Virus record (IMG/VR): IMGVR_UViG_3300036761_001135
Span: 1-64,000 of that record
DNA: 64,000 nucleotides
Reading direction: 5' to 3' (one strand)
Source: a virus
Shown here one piece after another: positions 31,578 through 41,857 of this stretch (positions are counted from its first letter, which is position 1; each line of letters begins with the position of its first letter). A program made the translations under genes and the position numbers. The notes beneath the pieces were generated by a model that had not been told where the DNA came from, did not search any database, and worked only from the letters and a program-made list of their open reading frames with translations.

Positions 31578-32192
31578 ATGTGTGAAAAAGTGGTCGGACG
31601 ACGGGTCGATGCGGAATTGGTCGAGATGCTGTGGGAGGAACTACATACAACGTATCGGACGCGGCGACGGCGCAAGCGGGCTTCGTGGTTCATGAGGATC
31701 GTGGCGTGGGGCATGGGGATATTCGGGGTGATGCCTGCGGATCGTTTTTTGGATCGGTTTGCGACGACGATCAGGCGCACCATTTACATTCCAGGGTATC
31801 CGATGGGTGGGAATCGTGATTTGTTTGGGGAGATTGCCAGGTGTGTGCATGAGCATGTTCATGTGACACAGTGGAGCTTGCGGTTCGCGTGGCGTTACTT
31901 GACGGACAAGATATGGCGGGCTCGGTACGAGGCGATGGCCTTTCGCGCCAACATTGCATTGCGGTATTGGTACGCGGGGGAGTGGCTGGACATCCGGGAA
32001 ATGGCGGCGAAGTTGGGCACGAACTACGGGTGCGGTGAGGCGGGGGTCGAGTTGGCGTATCATATCCTGGAGGACGAGCGCGACAGGTTGCAGTTGGGTA
32101 GTATTTCAGATCCGCTGGTAAAGTCGGTCGTGATCTTTTTGGGCAAGCAGGGGGTGCTGCCAGCGTTTTCGTGGCCGTATATGGATCGATGA
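31578..32192 (+). CDS. Putative zincin metallopeptidase
   Basis: HEHVHVTQ followed by YEAMAF. Confidence 0.6.
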   Translation: MCEKVVGRRVDAELVEMLWEELHTTYRTRRRRKRASWFMRIVAWGMGIFGVMPADRFLDRFATTIRRTIYIPGYPMGGNRDLFGEIARCVHEHVHVTQWSLRFAWRYLTDKIWRARYEAMAFRANIALRYWYAGEWLDIREMAAKLGTNYGCGEAGVELAYHILEDERDRLQLGSISDPLVKSVVIFLGKQGVLPAFSWPYMDR

Positions 32193-33052
32193 CGGAACGC
32201 GTCGATGTTCAATCGAGTGGTGGTCACGTTGGTTTTGGGTGGGACGAGTGCGCGGTCCATGGCGGTAGCCCGGACGATACGCATGTTCGAGAGGATGGAG
32301 GCGTTGCGCTGGGTGGGGGATGCGCGGGTTACTCGGATATTGCGTGGCAGGCATGGATCGGCCATCATTATTTCTGGCGTGTTCATTGGGATGGAGTGGC
32401 GTTCGGTGAGGGATCTGGCCAGGCATTGCGCGACGCGGCATGACTGTTGGGTTGTCGCGTTGTTTTGGGACATGACGGCTCAGGATGGCTGTGAGTTCAA
32501 TGCTCAGACGTTCCTACCGAAAGGATTTTCATAATGGCGTGCATGGCAAACAATCTTCTCGACGTGATGAGGGGCGGAGAGATAATGAAGGTCCGTCGGT
32601 CCGAGTTGACCGTTGGTGACTCTACACCGTTGATAGAGGGCTATATTTACGAGGTCATACCATGTGACAATAGCGACCTTTCGGATACGGATCTGCGCGT
32701 CGTTCGACTTGGTGACGACGATCCGCGTTGGGGTCTGTTTTCACGGTCGTTGGAGGAGTTATGAATGCTGGAGAGCGGCATGTTTGGGCGGGCGTTTTCG
32801 TGCATGAGTTTTTGGCCGCGTGTGCCGATCCGCCTGCGTTTGTGATGAACTCCGAGAAGACGTTGGAAGAGTTCGAGATCGACGCGGCAGAAAACGCGGC
32901 GGAGATCGCGGAGCATGCTGTAAAGTGCATGCGATTGGCGCAGAAGCAGTGCGAGGAGAATTTCGGCATGGAGAGCGACGTGACGCGGATGCTGAACATC
33001 ATGTTGGGTTTGATCGATTGAAGAACGAGTCGAGCGGTGTCACCTGGCTTGG

Positions 33053-33082
33053 TTGACAAATCATAAACATGGGTGGTAAATC
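33053..33082 (+). promoter_or_regulatory. Sigma70-like promoter
   Basis: TTGACA-18-TAAATC. Confidence 0.55.
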
Positions 33083-33128
33083 GGTGGGCGTGGCGGGTGG
33101 CTACGGCAGTGCCGATTTGGAGAAGCCG

Positions 33129-33470
33129 ATGACGACTTATCTCGACAGGTTGCTCACGAGTGAGAATGTAGATCTGAGGATCTGGCCGGAGTATTACGCG
33201 GCGGTGTTGGAGGGGACCAAGAGGTTCGAGGTGAGGTTGGACGACCGGGACTATCAGGTGGGCAAGGTGTACTGGCTACGGGAGTGGGTGCCTGCGGTTG
33301 CGCGGTGTGCCGAGGGCATATTGGGCCAGGATGATTCGCACTACACGGGGAGGAGTGTGATTGTGGTGATCAGCTACGTGTTGCGGGACGTGCCTGGGTT
33401 GGCGTCGGGCTACTGCGTATGGGGATTCCACATACTGGAGAGCAGGTGCGAGCCAGGATCTTCAAGATGA
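33129..33470 (+). CDS. DUF3850 / ASCH-PUA domain protein
   Basis: LRIWPEYYAAVLEGTKRFEVRLDDRDYQVG...LREW...YTGR. Confidence 0.8.
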   Translation: MTTYLDRLLTSENVDLRIWPEYYAAVLEGTKRFEVRLDDRDYQVGKVYWLREWVPAVARCAEGILGQDDSHYTGRSVIVVISYVLRDVPGLASGYCVWGFHILESRCEPGSSR

Positions 33471-33505
33471 GTTGGAACGTAGTAGGTTGATCTGGCGTTC
33501 GGCCT

Positions 33506-33976
33506 GTGGAAGGGTTAGGATGCCTTGTTGCGACGCGAACCTGGGTTCGCGTGTTGATGGAGGAAGCGATGTTCAGTTGCACTCGGTACGAGACCAAGCA
33601 GATTCAAGAGGGGCTGGCGATGAGCGTGACGCGGGTATACCCCAACGGGTGCCCACACGAGGTCGGAAGCCAGATTGTGTTCACGTCGAAGTATCTGACT
33701 GCCAATGACGGGGAGGTGCCGTTCGCGGTGGGTGTGCTCGTGTCGATCCGCCCTATCACCATCGACCAGATGATCCATACGGACCAGTATGCTCAGATGG
33801 ACGGATTTCCCAACGCCCATGCCTGGGAGCAGCACTTCCGCAACGTGCTCTATCCTGGAATCGGGATGGAATCTAAGCTGTATCGACTTCAATTCAGACT
33901 TGAGGAAATGGAGCGGGACATCTCCCGCCTCGCGCCGCGTTCGGAGCCGGAGAACGAGACCGTTGAGGTAGGTTGA
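33506..33976 (+). CDS. ASCH-like domain protein
   Basis: AQMDGF......HF...YP pattern; start uncertain. Confidence 0.5.
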   Translation: MEGLGCLVATRTWVRVLMEEAMFSCTRYETKQIQEGLAMSVTRVYPNGCPHEVGSQIVFTSKYLTANDGEVPFAVGVLVSIRPITIDQMIHTDQYAQMDGFPNAHAWEQHFRNVLYPGIGMESKLYRLQFRLEEMERDISRLAPRSEPENETVEVG

Positions 33977-34001
33977 CAAACCATACCTAGCGGATTAAAA
34001 C
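33973..34001 (+). promoter_or_regulatory. Sigma70-like promoter
   Basis: TTGACA-17-TAAAAC. Confidence 0.55.
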
Positions 34002-34018
34002 GCGGCAGGAGGTGACTC

Positions 34019-34915
34019 ATGATCGGAGATGTCATGCAGGCGGCAACACGCCAATTGTGTGGTGAGATTTCAACGCGTGTTGCGGACACGTTGATTGAGA
34101 AGATGCGGCGACCTGGACGCCCGTATATCGCGGATGTCTCGTCGATGGACGTTTGGTTTGCGGCATCGGACGTTCACAACCTGTGTCCGCGTCTCTACGC
34201 GATGGCCATGCAAGAGGGTGGCGTCATGCGGGAAGAGGTGGATGCCGAGACGCTGTTCAATTTCGCGGTGGGCACGGCTTATCATAGGGCCTTCCAGGAC
34301 GAGATGCTTCCAGCGGGCCTTGCTGGCGTCTTCCAGGGGTGTTGGAAGCGCGAGTTGAATGGGGTGTTGGAGAAGTCAGAGGGGGCTACCCACGGGCCTC
34401 ATACAGAGCGAGGGTGGGGTCCGAAGCCAGAGGGTGATTACTGGGAGTTCCAAGAGCCCAAGGGCCGTGTTGCTGATTTTCGATTGGTTGGCAAGTGGGA
34501 CGGGGTGCTCGCGTGGCCGGACGCGCCGCACGAGGTGCTGGAGCTGAAGTCGATCCGGGAGGAATTGTTTGGTCATGTGAATCCGCATGCGGGCGGGAAG
34601 CCGATGGTCGCGCATTTGCGTCAGGTGCAAGCCTACATGTGGATGAGCGGTTTGGAGCGTGCGCGGATCGTCTATGTGCGCAAGGGCGCTGGGTCGCTTA
34701 GGGAGAGCATTGCGGAGCACGTCGTGGCGCGTGACGAGGCGGCTATCGAATGCTTACAGGTGGATTTGACAGCCTGCATGTCGGCAGTGAGTGGGGCCAC
34801 GAGGGGCGAGGCGTTTCCTGCGAAGTTGACCGAGTGTCGAATCAAGAGTGATCCTCGGGCGCGAAAGTGCGTCTGTCGAGATGCCTGTTTTGCTGCGGCG
34901 AAGGCCGGGAAATGA
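34019..34915 (+). CDS. Cas4-like / PD-(D/E)XK exonuclease
   Basis: CPR, GTAYH, GKWDG, ELKS, QVQAYM, C-terminal Cys cluster. Confidence 0.78.
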   Translation: MIGDVMQAATRQLCGEISTRVADTLIEKMRRPGRPYIADVSSMDVWFAASDVHNLCPRLYAMAMQEGGVMREEVDAETLFNFAVGTAYHRAFQDEMLPAGLAGVFQGCWKRELNGVLEKSEGATHGPHTERGWGPKPEGDYWEFQEPKGRVADFRLVGKWDGVLAWPDAPHEVLELKSIREELFGHVNPHAGGKPMVAHLRQVQAYMWMSGLERARIVYVRKGAGSLRESIAEHVVARDEAAIECLQVDLTACMSAVSGATRGEAFPAKLTECRIKSDPRARKCVCRDACFAAAKAGK

Positions 34916-35529
34916 AATGCTATCTGGGCCTAGACCTGTCGCTCACGGGGGCTGGGATCGTCGTGCTGAACGAGGCAGGGCAGGTTTTGCGGAGTGAGGT
35001 TGTTGGTTACAAATTGGATCGACAATCGACTCCGCGCGACAAGATCGAGCGCATCATTTTCATTGCGTCGCGGGTAATCAGCGTGGTGAAGGCGGTGAAC
35101 GTGGTCAACGATACAGGAGAGATCGAGTGGGAGGCGGGGGTGGAGCACTACGCCTTCCATCAGGGCGGTGCGGTGGCAGACCTCGGAGAGATCAACGGGG
35201 TGGTCAAGACGCAGCTTTGGTTGGCGTACAACATCGCGCCACGGGTCGTTGTGGTATCGAGCGCGCGGAAGCTTGTCATGGGCAAGGGAAACGTTAAGAA
35301 GGACAGGATCATCCCGCTTCTTAAAGAGCGCGGGTTGGTCTTTGACAACCATAACATAGCGGACGCTTACGTGATTGCGGAGGCGTTACGCCGGAGGTGT
35401 GACGATGACGGTAGCAGCGAAAGAAAACCAAGGGCTCATCGTGCTAGGAAGGGAACAGCCGGAGGAGGAAGGCGTGTGCGAGCATGCCGAGATCCGCAAA
35501 CAAGTTTTAAATTTGAGGGATCGAAGTGA
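34912..35529 (+). CDS. ruvC: RuvC-like Holliday junction resolvase
   Basis: LGLDLSLTGAG, VEHY, LGEINGVVK, NIADAYVIA. Confidence 0.8.
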   Translation: MKCYLGLDLSLTGAGIVVLNEAGQVLRSEVVGYKLDRQSTPRDKIERIIFIASRVISVVKAVNVVNDTGEIEWEAGVEHYAFHQGGAVADLGEINGVVKTQLWLAYNIAPRVVVVSSARKLVMGKGNVKKDRIIPLLKERGLVFDNHNIADAYVIAEALRRRCDDDGSSERKPRAHRARKGTAGGGRRVRACRDPQTSFKFEGSK

Positions 35530-36283
35530 CGAGGATTCCTGGGCGTTGGCGGACACGCTGATCCAGGTGTTCAACGGCTCCTACTACAAGCTGTGGGGGT
35601 TCACGAATTGGACGGAATACGTGACCAATGAGCTGGATTTCACGATCCGCAAGGCGCAGTACCTGATTCGCACACAGGAGTGGCTGACCAAGCTCCCGAA
35701 GAACGTGCAGGTGTGGATTCGCCAGCTTGGGTGGCGCAAGGCGCGCATGTTGGTTGGCATCGTGACGGCCGAGAACGCGGCGGAGTGGAAGGCGCGGATC
35801 GGGACGGAATGTTCGACGATGCAGCTAGACGAGATGTTGCATCAAAATGCCGTGGAAGCTGCCAATGATCCAGACGGGAAGGGTGCGGATGCTGGTAGCG
35901 AGCGTCAGCCGAATTACAACCTGGGTCGCCCGAATCCGCAACAGAGGCAGAACATGGATCGAGCGGAAGAGCGTGCGGCTGTGATTGCGGAGTGCGAGCA
36001 GACCAAGGATCGCAAGGCATATTTGTGGGATCTGATTGCGACGGATTTCCTGGCGACAAACAGTGGAATTCGCACGGTGCAGGAGTACCTGTCGAAGATC
36101 GAGACGACGTTGGGCTTGAAGCTGATTGCCATTGATGATCGGAAAGGTCTCACGGTCATTCATGGCGCGGCGACGTTGGATCTGTTTGCAGACTCGGAAG
36201 ATGAAGAAGAGGAAGAAGGGGAAGATGTTGTCGATCCTGGTATAGCCGCTGTCGATACGGATCTTTCCGCGAGTGCTTCGTGA
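35405..36283 (+). CDS. Hypothetical DNA-binding protein
   Basis: YYKLWGFTNWTEYVTNELDFTIRKAQYLI phage-type domain; acidic tail. Confidence 0.65.
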   Translation: MTVAAKENQGLIVLGREQPEEEGVCEHAEIRKQVLNLRDRSDEDSWALADTLIQVFNGSYYKLWGFTNWTEYVTNELDFTIRKAQYLIRTQEWLTKLPKNVQVWIRQLGWRKARMLVGIVTAENAAEWKARIGTECSTMQLDEMLHQNAVEAANDPDGKGADAGSERQPNYNLGRPNPQQRQNMDRAEERAAVIAECEQTKDRKAYLWDLIATDFLATNSGIRTVQEYLSKIETTLGLKLIAIDDRKGLTVIHGAATLDLFADSEDEEEEEGEDVVDPGIAAVDTDLSASAS

Positions 36284-36396
36284 ACTACTGCCGAACGACG
36301 TTGATTCTGGATTGAATTCTCGATAACAATAGAGGGGAGGAGTACACTGACCGTGCGGTTCTATGTGCTGCATTTGATTGCCAAAAGGAGGTCTAG

Positions 36397-36831
36397 ATGC
36401 CAGGGGACAATACGCCGATAAATCCGGTGGAAGAGGTGTCGGGCGTATACCGTTTGCCGCAGTACCCTTACGCTGCCCCCTACTATCCTCAGCATCATGA
36501 GCCTGCGATTAGCAAGGATTCGTGGGTGCGGATCGTCATGTGGATCATCCCGATCATTTTCACGGCGGGGGCTCTGTTTGTGAGCGTGAAGACCATGACG
36601 CAGCGGCAGGACGATCAGGAGTCGGCGTTGCGGGTGGAGATGGATCGCAGCACCAAGCTCGAATCCGAGCAGCGAATCATGCAATCCACGGTACAGGCGA
36701 TTTCGCAGCAGCAGGATCGGATCGTGAACAAGGTCGAGGTCATCGACGACAAGATGAATGAGCAGAGGTCGCAATTGTCTGCGATTGGCGAGCGAATTGG
36801 GGTGAGAGTTTCCGGTGGACGTGATCGATAG
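36397..36831 (+). CDS. Membrane protein with a coiled coil (possibly lysis-related)
   Basis: Single TM segment plus coiled coil; AGGAGG RBS. Confidence 0.6.
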   Translation: MPGDNTPINPVEEVSGVYRLPQYPYAAPYYPQHHEPAISKDSWVRIVMWIIPIIFTAGALFVSVKTMTQRQDDQESALRVEMDRSTKLESEQRIMQSTVQAISQQQDRIVNKVEVIDDKMNEQRSQLSAIGERIGVRVSGGRDR

Positions 36832-36838
36832 CAGTCAG

Positions 36839-36868
36839 TTGACAAATTATCTATTGGGGTGGTAAATC
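36839..36868 (+). promoter_or_regulatory. Sigma70-like promoter
   Basis: TTGACA-18-TAAATC. Confidence 0.55.
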
Positions 36869-36874
36869 GGTTTG

Positions 36875-37147
36875 CAGATCATGGTCGAGGTGGCTATGGT
36901 ACGTCGTCTTTAGGCGACGGTAATCGAACTGGACAGAACTGGATTGATGTCTATTCAGTTGTTTTTGGATCTAGGCGCGGGGCGTCTCGCGTTGCGAAAA
37001 CCGGCTGCAATGGTGCAGTTGATTCGCGGCGCTGGAAGTTGTGCTGGTGGCCGAAAACGAACATTGTGCGTCGGCGTTAGTTGGCGTGCTTAGGCCCTGC
37101 GCCTAGTCCGCTTTGGTTTGTGATCATTCCCTTTCGATGGGGAGTGC
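36875..37147 (+). ncRNA. Candidate structured ncRNA
   Basis: Own promoter (36839-36868); long-range helix 36971-36983/37094-37106; several hairpins with G-U pairs; no convincing ORF. Confidence 0.5.
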
Positions 37148-38373
37148 AGGTTGGATAAGGTGGATGTGTGAAGAAGCGATGTTGCTCGACCTGTAAGTGG
37201 TGGCTGTCGTTGGACGAAACGGTTCGTCGGAAGCTAGATCCTCCACGGCATCGTTTTGGGACATGCGCGTTCAATTCCTATGTGGAGCACGGGCCGGGAG
37301 TTTTTCGGGAACTTCAAGAGTGGCGCTCGCCGGGGAGTGTGTGTAATTCGTTTGCCATGCGACAACTGCTACAGGAAGAACGGATCGATGAAGGGAGAAA
37401 GCCATGAGCAGAGGTAGAGATTGTACGGTGCATCATCATGCGTGTGATTGCCGCGAGGAGAAGTTTGCCGAGCTTGCGGCAGAGCGGGACAAGTTGCTGA
37501 TCGAGGTTGGAGCGCTCAGGCTAGAGGTTGCAAAATTGAAAGCCATCATCGTGATGGACACAGAAAAGCTTGTCGAGATGATCGTAAAACGCTGATCGGA
37601 GCGGCGAGATGAAGGGAAAAAAGACGGACCTACTTTATTCCGCTCCGCTCGATCCTCCGACTTTGAATGTGGAGGTTGGAGGCGTGGGAACGGCGTTGAC
37701 CGTGGCGACGATCTGCACGTTGTGCATTGGGATTGGCGTGGGGTTTGTCTTCGGAATGAACGTCTACGGGTGCCCTTGGATCATGGATCGGTCGGTGGTC
37801 AATGACGTGTGCCAGTGTCCTGACTATGTCGAGATGCCGGAGCAGGGGAAGTCTCCGTCTTCGGCGTTGTTGTCTGTGATATCGGATATTGGAAGGCCCC
37901 CAAAGGTGGGCTTGGAAGATCGACACGGCTGCACATTGATGGTGTTGCTTGCTAAGCAGGATGGAACGAGGTCATGGGTGGACACGTTGACGCGATGTAC
38001 ACCGCGAGGGAGGCGAGAATGAGCGCCGTTTCATGTTGTGGATGGCTGGTCTTGATATGTGTTTTTTGCGCTGGGTGCGGGAGGACGGTGCGGCGTTTGG
38101 AGGCGGAGAACGCGATACTTCGCATCCAACTTTTAGAGGACAACAATATCCGGGATTCACTTCTGGACTATTGCGAGAACGAGCGCTTGTCGCTGTTGGT
38201 CGCGTGCAGCACGGACGACGAGGCGTTGGATTTCGAGGGCGATGAATTTTGCTTGGAGTGCGAGGCGTGCGTGCAGGACTGCCTCACGGCGGGGAGCGAT
38301 ACGGATGAGAGAAAGATCGATGAAAATCCATATCGTGAGTAGTGGTCAGGTAGCCAAGGAAAGTAGGTAGAGG

Positions 38374-38706
38374 ATGCGAGAATCCTATCAGGGTAAGCCG
38401 CCGTTTGTTGCTGGTAGTGAGACCTCGGAGCAGGCAGCGGAGTCGATGACGGCCTGTTCGGCGACGATTCGAGAGCGTGTCTTCCGATATATTTACGAAT
38501 CTGGAACCAATGGATCGACTTGTGACGAGGCAGAGGCTGCTTTGATGTGTACGCACCAGACGGTGAGCGCCCAGATTTGGGAGATGTCGAATCGTCATTG
38601 GATTTTGGATAGCGGACGCAGGCGGAAGACGCGGAACAAACGAGATGCGGTGGTGTGGGTGGCGGCAGAACGTCCGAAATCTGCGCAGTTGTCGTTGTTG
38701 CAATGA
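38374..38706 (+). CDS. Winged-HTH DNA-binding protein
   Basis: TCDEAEAAL..THQTVSAQIWEM...ILDSGRRRKT...AVVW. Confidence 0.65.
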   Translation: MRESYQGKPPFVAGSETSEQAAESMTACSATIRERVFRYIYESGTNGSTCDEAEAALMCTHQTVSAQIWEMSNRHWILDSGRRRKTRNKRDAVVWVAAERPKSAQLSLLQ

Positions 38707-39467
38707 CGAAGTGGCCTGCCAGCGAGACGGATGTTGCTCAGCCGGTTGTGGCGTGGTTGAGGGCGGGTGGCTGGGACGTGTACCAGGAGGTGCGGCAGGG
38801 GCGTGGAGAGCGCTCGTGTGACATCGTGGCGACGCGTGGTCCGTTAGTTTGGGCGGTTGAGGTCAAGGTGCAGTTTGGGATCGAGGTGTTGGAGCAGGCG
38901 ATCTACTGGTCGCAGTACGCGAATTATGCGTCTGTCGCGGTTCCTCAAAAAAGCTCCAAAAGAGGAAACGGTGTGGTGTACCGATTGGCGTTGAGTCATT
39001 GGGGCATCGGGGTATTCGAGGTTGGGGATCCGTCTAAAATGCTATGGCGCGAGGCTGGGATTGAGAACCCAGCCTTGATGGTGAAGCATGAGAGATGTCC
39101 CGTGTTGCATCGCCGTGTACGCGCGGCGGAGATGCGGACGTGGTTGTACGAGGAGCAGAAGACGTATCTCGCGGCCGGGACGGCTTGCGGTGGCGGATGG
39201 AGCCCGTACAAGCAGACGTGTCAGGCTTTACGCGATCAGGTGCGCCAGCATCCTGGGTGTACTTTGCGGGAGGCCATTGTCGGGCGCGAGGTGAGGACTG
39301 GCGAGGATGGAACCGTGGACTATGGGTGGCCTGGAATCAAGCACCATTACCGCGTGGATAGCACGGCGATTAGTTCCCTGAAGGTATGGTTGGAGAAGGG
39401 CAAGGTGCCCGGTGTGCGGTTGGAGTACGAGGGAAGACATGTGCGATTGTACCCACAGAAGGAGTAG
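38703..39467 (+). CDS. PD-(D/E)XK nuclease-fold protein
   Basis: DVYQEV...CDIVA...WAVEVK...EQA. Confidence 0.65.
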   Translation: MTKWPASETDVAQPVVAWLRAGGWDVYQEVRQGRGERSCDIVATRGPLVWAVEVKVQFGIEVLEQAIYWSQYANYASVAVPQKSSKRGNGVVYRLALSHWGIGVFEVGDPSKMLWREAGIENPALMVKHERCPVLHRRVRAAEMRTWLYEEQKTYLAAGTACGGGWSPYKQTCQALRDQVRQHPGCTLREAIVGREVRTGEDGTVDYGWPGIKHHYRVDSTAISSLKVWLEKGKVPGVRLEYEGRHVRLYPQKE

Positions 39468-39470
39468 GAA

Positions 39471-39851
39471 ATGGACCTAAGACATTGGGGAATTTTCTCA
39501 GACGAGCCAAAATCACTATTCCAAAAGGTATTATTCTGCCTGGTCTTCATGCTTCTAGCCGGTCTTTTGACGCTGGGGATCTTGAACATTGTGAGTTTTG
39601 TAAGGGGGGAGAGGTTTGGTTGGCCATTTGTTGGTAATGGCGAGATTGGTACGGACACTGACACGGATACAGAGGTCAATCTGATTGATTTCACTCGGTA
39701 TTACACGGATAAAAACGAAAGAGCGCGGATTCGTCTGAGGTGTGTGTCTGGGTATGAATTTGTGACCTATGACAGCAATGTCGGGGCGAACATGGTCCAG
39801 GTGATCGGCATCAATGGGAACGGGGTGCGTTGCAAGGAAGATCCGTACTGA
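39471..39851 (+). CDS. Membrane-anchored hypothetical protein with a DT repeat
   Basis: TM helix followed by GTDTDTDTE. Confidence 0.6.
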   Translation: MDLRHWGIFSDEPKSLFQKVLFCLVFMLLAGLLTLGILNIVSFVRGERFGWPFVGNGEIGTDTDTDTEVNLIDFTRYYTDKNERARIRLRCVSGYEFVTYDSNVGANMVQVIGINGNGVRCKEDPY

Positions 39852-40270
39852 CGGGGCAAGGAGGCGCGGAATGCGGGCGAAGGATCTAGTAGAAATGCTG
39901 ATGGAGCATCCCGAGTGGAACGTATCCGTGTCCGTGGACATCTCGCGTGGGGAGCACGACTGGCAGTTGCGGGCCTTTGGCGAGATCCTGGAGTTGATGA
40001 ACGATAACGGGGCCTTCGTGATTCTCTGCGAGGGTGCCACGAACAAGGAGATTCTGTGATGGGACGAAGGAAGACCGGAATGGAGCGGGAAGAGAAGCGG
40101 ATCAAGAGGTCGGCGGAGTCGAAGGTGGCGAGGAAGCAGCGGGTTGTGGCGAGCCGTCGCCGGATGACTCCCATGAAGGCGTTGACTCCGACGCGTGGGA
40201 TCGATCCGCCGGAGCCTGGGACACAGGGGGTCGAAGTTGTTGCGGGCAATCCGGCAGTGGAGAGTGACAG

Positions 40271-40603
40271 ATGAGCGGCGGTCATTTTCAATACAAGCAA
40301 CATTATTTCGACGACGTGGCTGAGGAGATCGAGCGCCTAGTGCGGGACAACGACAAGGTTCCCTCGGATGAGGACTGTTACCGTTATGATCCTGACGAGT
40401 CGCGTGGGTACGGGTTTGGGCCGGAGGTGATCGCGCGATTTCGGGAGGCGGCGGCCACCTGTCGGCGGGCGGCGATCATGGCCCAGCGGGTGGACTGGCT
40501 GGTGTCGTCGGATGACGGGCCGGATAGTTTTTTGGAGCGTTGGGACATAGAGTTGGCCAAGTTGGCTGAAAAAGAGAAACCCAAGGATGGCGAGGTGATG
40601 TGA
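40271..40603 (+). CDS. Phage hypothetical protein
   Basis: MSGGHFQY...RVDWLVSSDDG motif. Confidence 0.65.
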   Translation: MSGGHFQYKQHYFDDVAEEIERLVRDNDKVPSDEDCYRYDPDESRGYGFGPEVIARFREAAATCRRAAIMAQRVDWLVSSDDGPDSFLERWDIELAKLAEKEKPKDGEVM

Positions 40604-40988
40604 TGTCAGATGAGAAGAAGATTTTCGCGGAGTGGTATTCGTTGGGCGCGCAGGAGTTATCGCAGGGCACGGTCGAGACGCGGGCGATGCTGGTGCCTGG
40701 GGCGGGCGTGTTGGTGCAGATCGAAGCGCGGACAGCGGGGGGGCGCAACTCGCTCGCGGCCCAGTGGTTGCCGGGCGTGGTGATCTACGAGGGGCGGCTG
40801 GTCGGGGACAAGTGGGCGGAGCGGTTGATGCAGGTGCTGACGGGGGCGCGTCCTAACATGGTTCCTCCACTTCCACCACCGCCACCGTTGAATCTCATAC
40901 CGGAGGGGAGTACGAAGCCGATAGAGGCTCCCCCAGAGCCGAAGAAGAAGCTGCGTGCGGCTCTGAAACGGATTAAGTCGGCGGACGC

Positions 40989-41405
40989 ATGACGTTCACG
41001 ATCCCTCCAAAGGCGAACCCAGGTTCGCGTGTGATCTACGTCTGCCATCCCTACAGCGACGATCCGGTGGGCAATGTTGAGAGCATCAAGCGGTGGTGCC
41101 AGTGGATTACGATGCAAGGGGCAGTGCCGTTGGCGCCGCAGTTGTTCATTCCGCAGTACGTCAGCGAGCAGCATCAGCGGGACGTGGCCATGGCGCATTG
41201 TCTGGCTCTCATTGGGCATTGCGACGAGATGTATGTTTTCTATCCGAAGAACGACTGGTACGACTTCCGGTGCTCGCCGGGACAACAGGCGGAGATCGAA
41301 CGGGCGCGAGCCCTGTGGGGCGATCAGCCGCGCATCTTCCACATCTGGGGGACGCCACAGGGCGAGAAGGAGATCGGCGGGGATGACCGAGCAGAACAAA
41401 AGTAG
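40989..41405 (+). CDS. Nucleoside 2-deoxyribosyltransferase-like (DUF4406-like) protein
   Basis: IYVCHPYSDD...N, PLAPQL, CDEMYV, SPG...EIERA. Confidence 0.7.
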   Translation: MTFTIPPKANPGSRVIYVCHPYSDDPVGNVESIKRWCQWITMQGAVPLAPQLFIPQYVSEQHQRDVAMAHCLALIGHCDEMYVFYPKNDWYDFRCSPGQQAEIERARALWGDQPRIFHIWGTPQGEKEIGGDDRAEQK

Positions 41406-41857
41406 CGAGGCCGGGCTGACGTCGGTGCTGGCGTGGGGGTTTGCCCCGCCGGGTACGACGGCGTGGCGGGGCTGGGAAGCGTGGCGATGGGTGCCCATTC
41501 GTAACGCCAGTTGGCGCCAGGCCACGAACGGATCGTTCTTGGTAGAGATACAGGGCGTGATCGACGGGGACCACCGCGATTGGGTGTCGGAGACATTGGA
41601 AAAGTTCATGTCCGGCGTCGAGTTCGATGCGATCTGGGGCGGGCGCCTCATGGCCATTTGCGCACAGGTGGGGCGGCATCGGGACATCCTGGGACAGTGC
41701 ATCGATCATGATCCGCCGCAGTTGACGCACTACCTGTTGACCGAACCGCTCGTCGTGCGTCGCAAATTGCCGCCGTCCGATGTCCCGTTCATGTTCAGCG
41801 AAGTGGACATCGTGGTGAGCAATGTGATCCCGTCGCCGGGCGAGGGGTAGGTTCGAG

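Larger units (their letters stand above)
13709..33021 (+). other. Dense accessory region with dozens of short, mostly hypothetical, overlapping + strand genes (e.g. 13709-14029, 14039-14548, 14545-14817, 14828-15151, 15151-15435, 17686-17895, 20780-21490, 26822-27091, 27088-27372, 29149-29643, 29653-30087, 31357-31569, 32205-32534)
   Basis: Chained ORFs with ATGA overlaps and GGAG(G) RBSs; many are Cys-rich. Confidence 0.75.

Noticed and set aside
21708-35928. Partial palindrome matches near 21708 (CGAACCTGGGCA) and 35918 (AACCTGGGTCG)
   Set aside because: Only one arm matches, so they were not counted among the 11 copies
36875-37147. tmRNA, tRNA or RNase P identity for the structured RNA
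   Set aside because: No T-arm/CCA end, no tag ORF ending in Ala-Ala-stop, no RNase P conserved motif; no tRNA was recognised anywhere in the window
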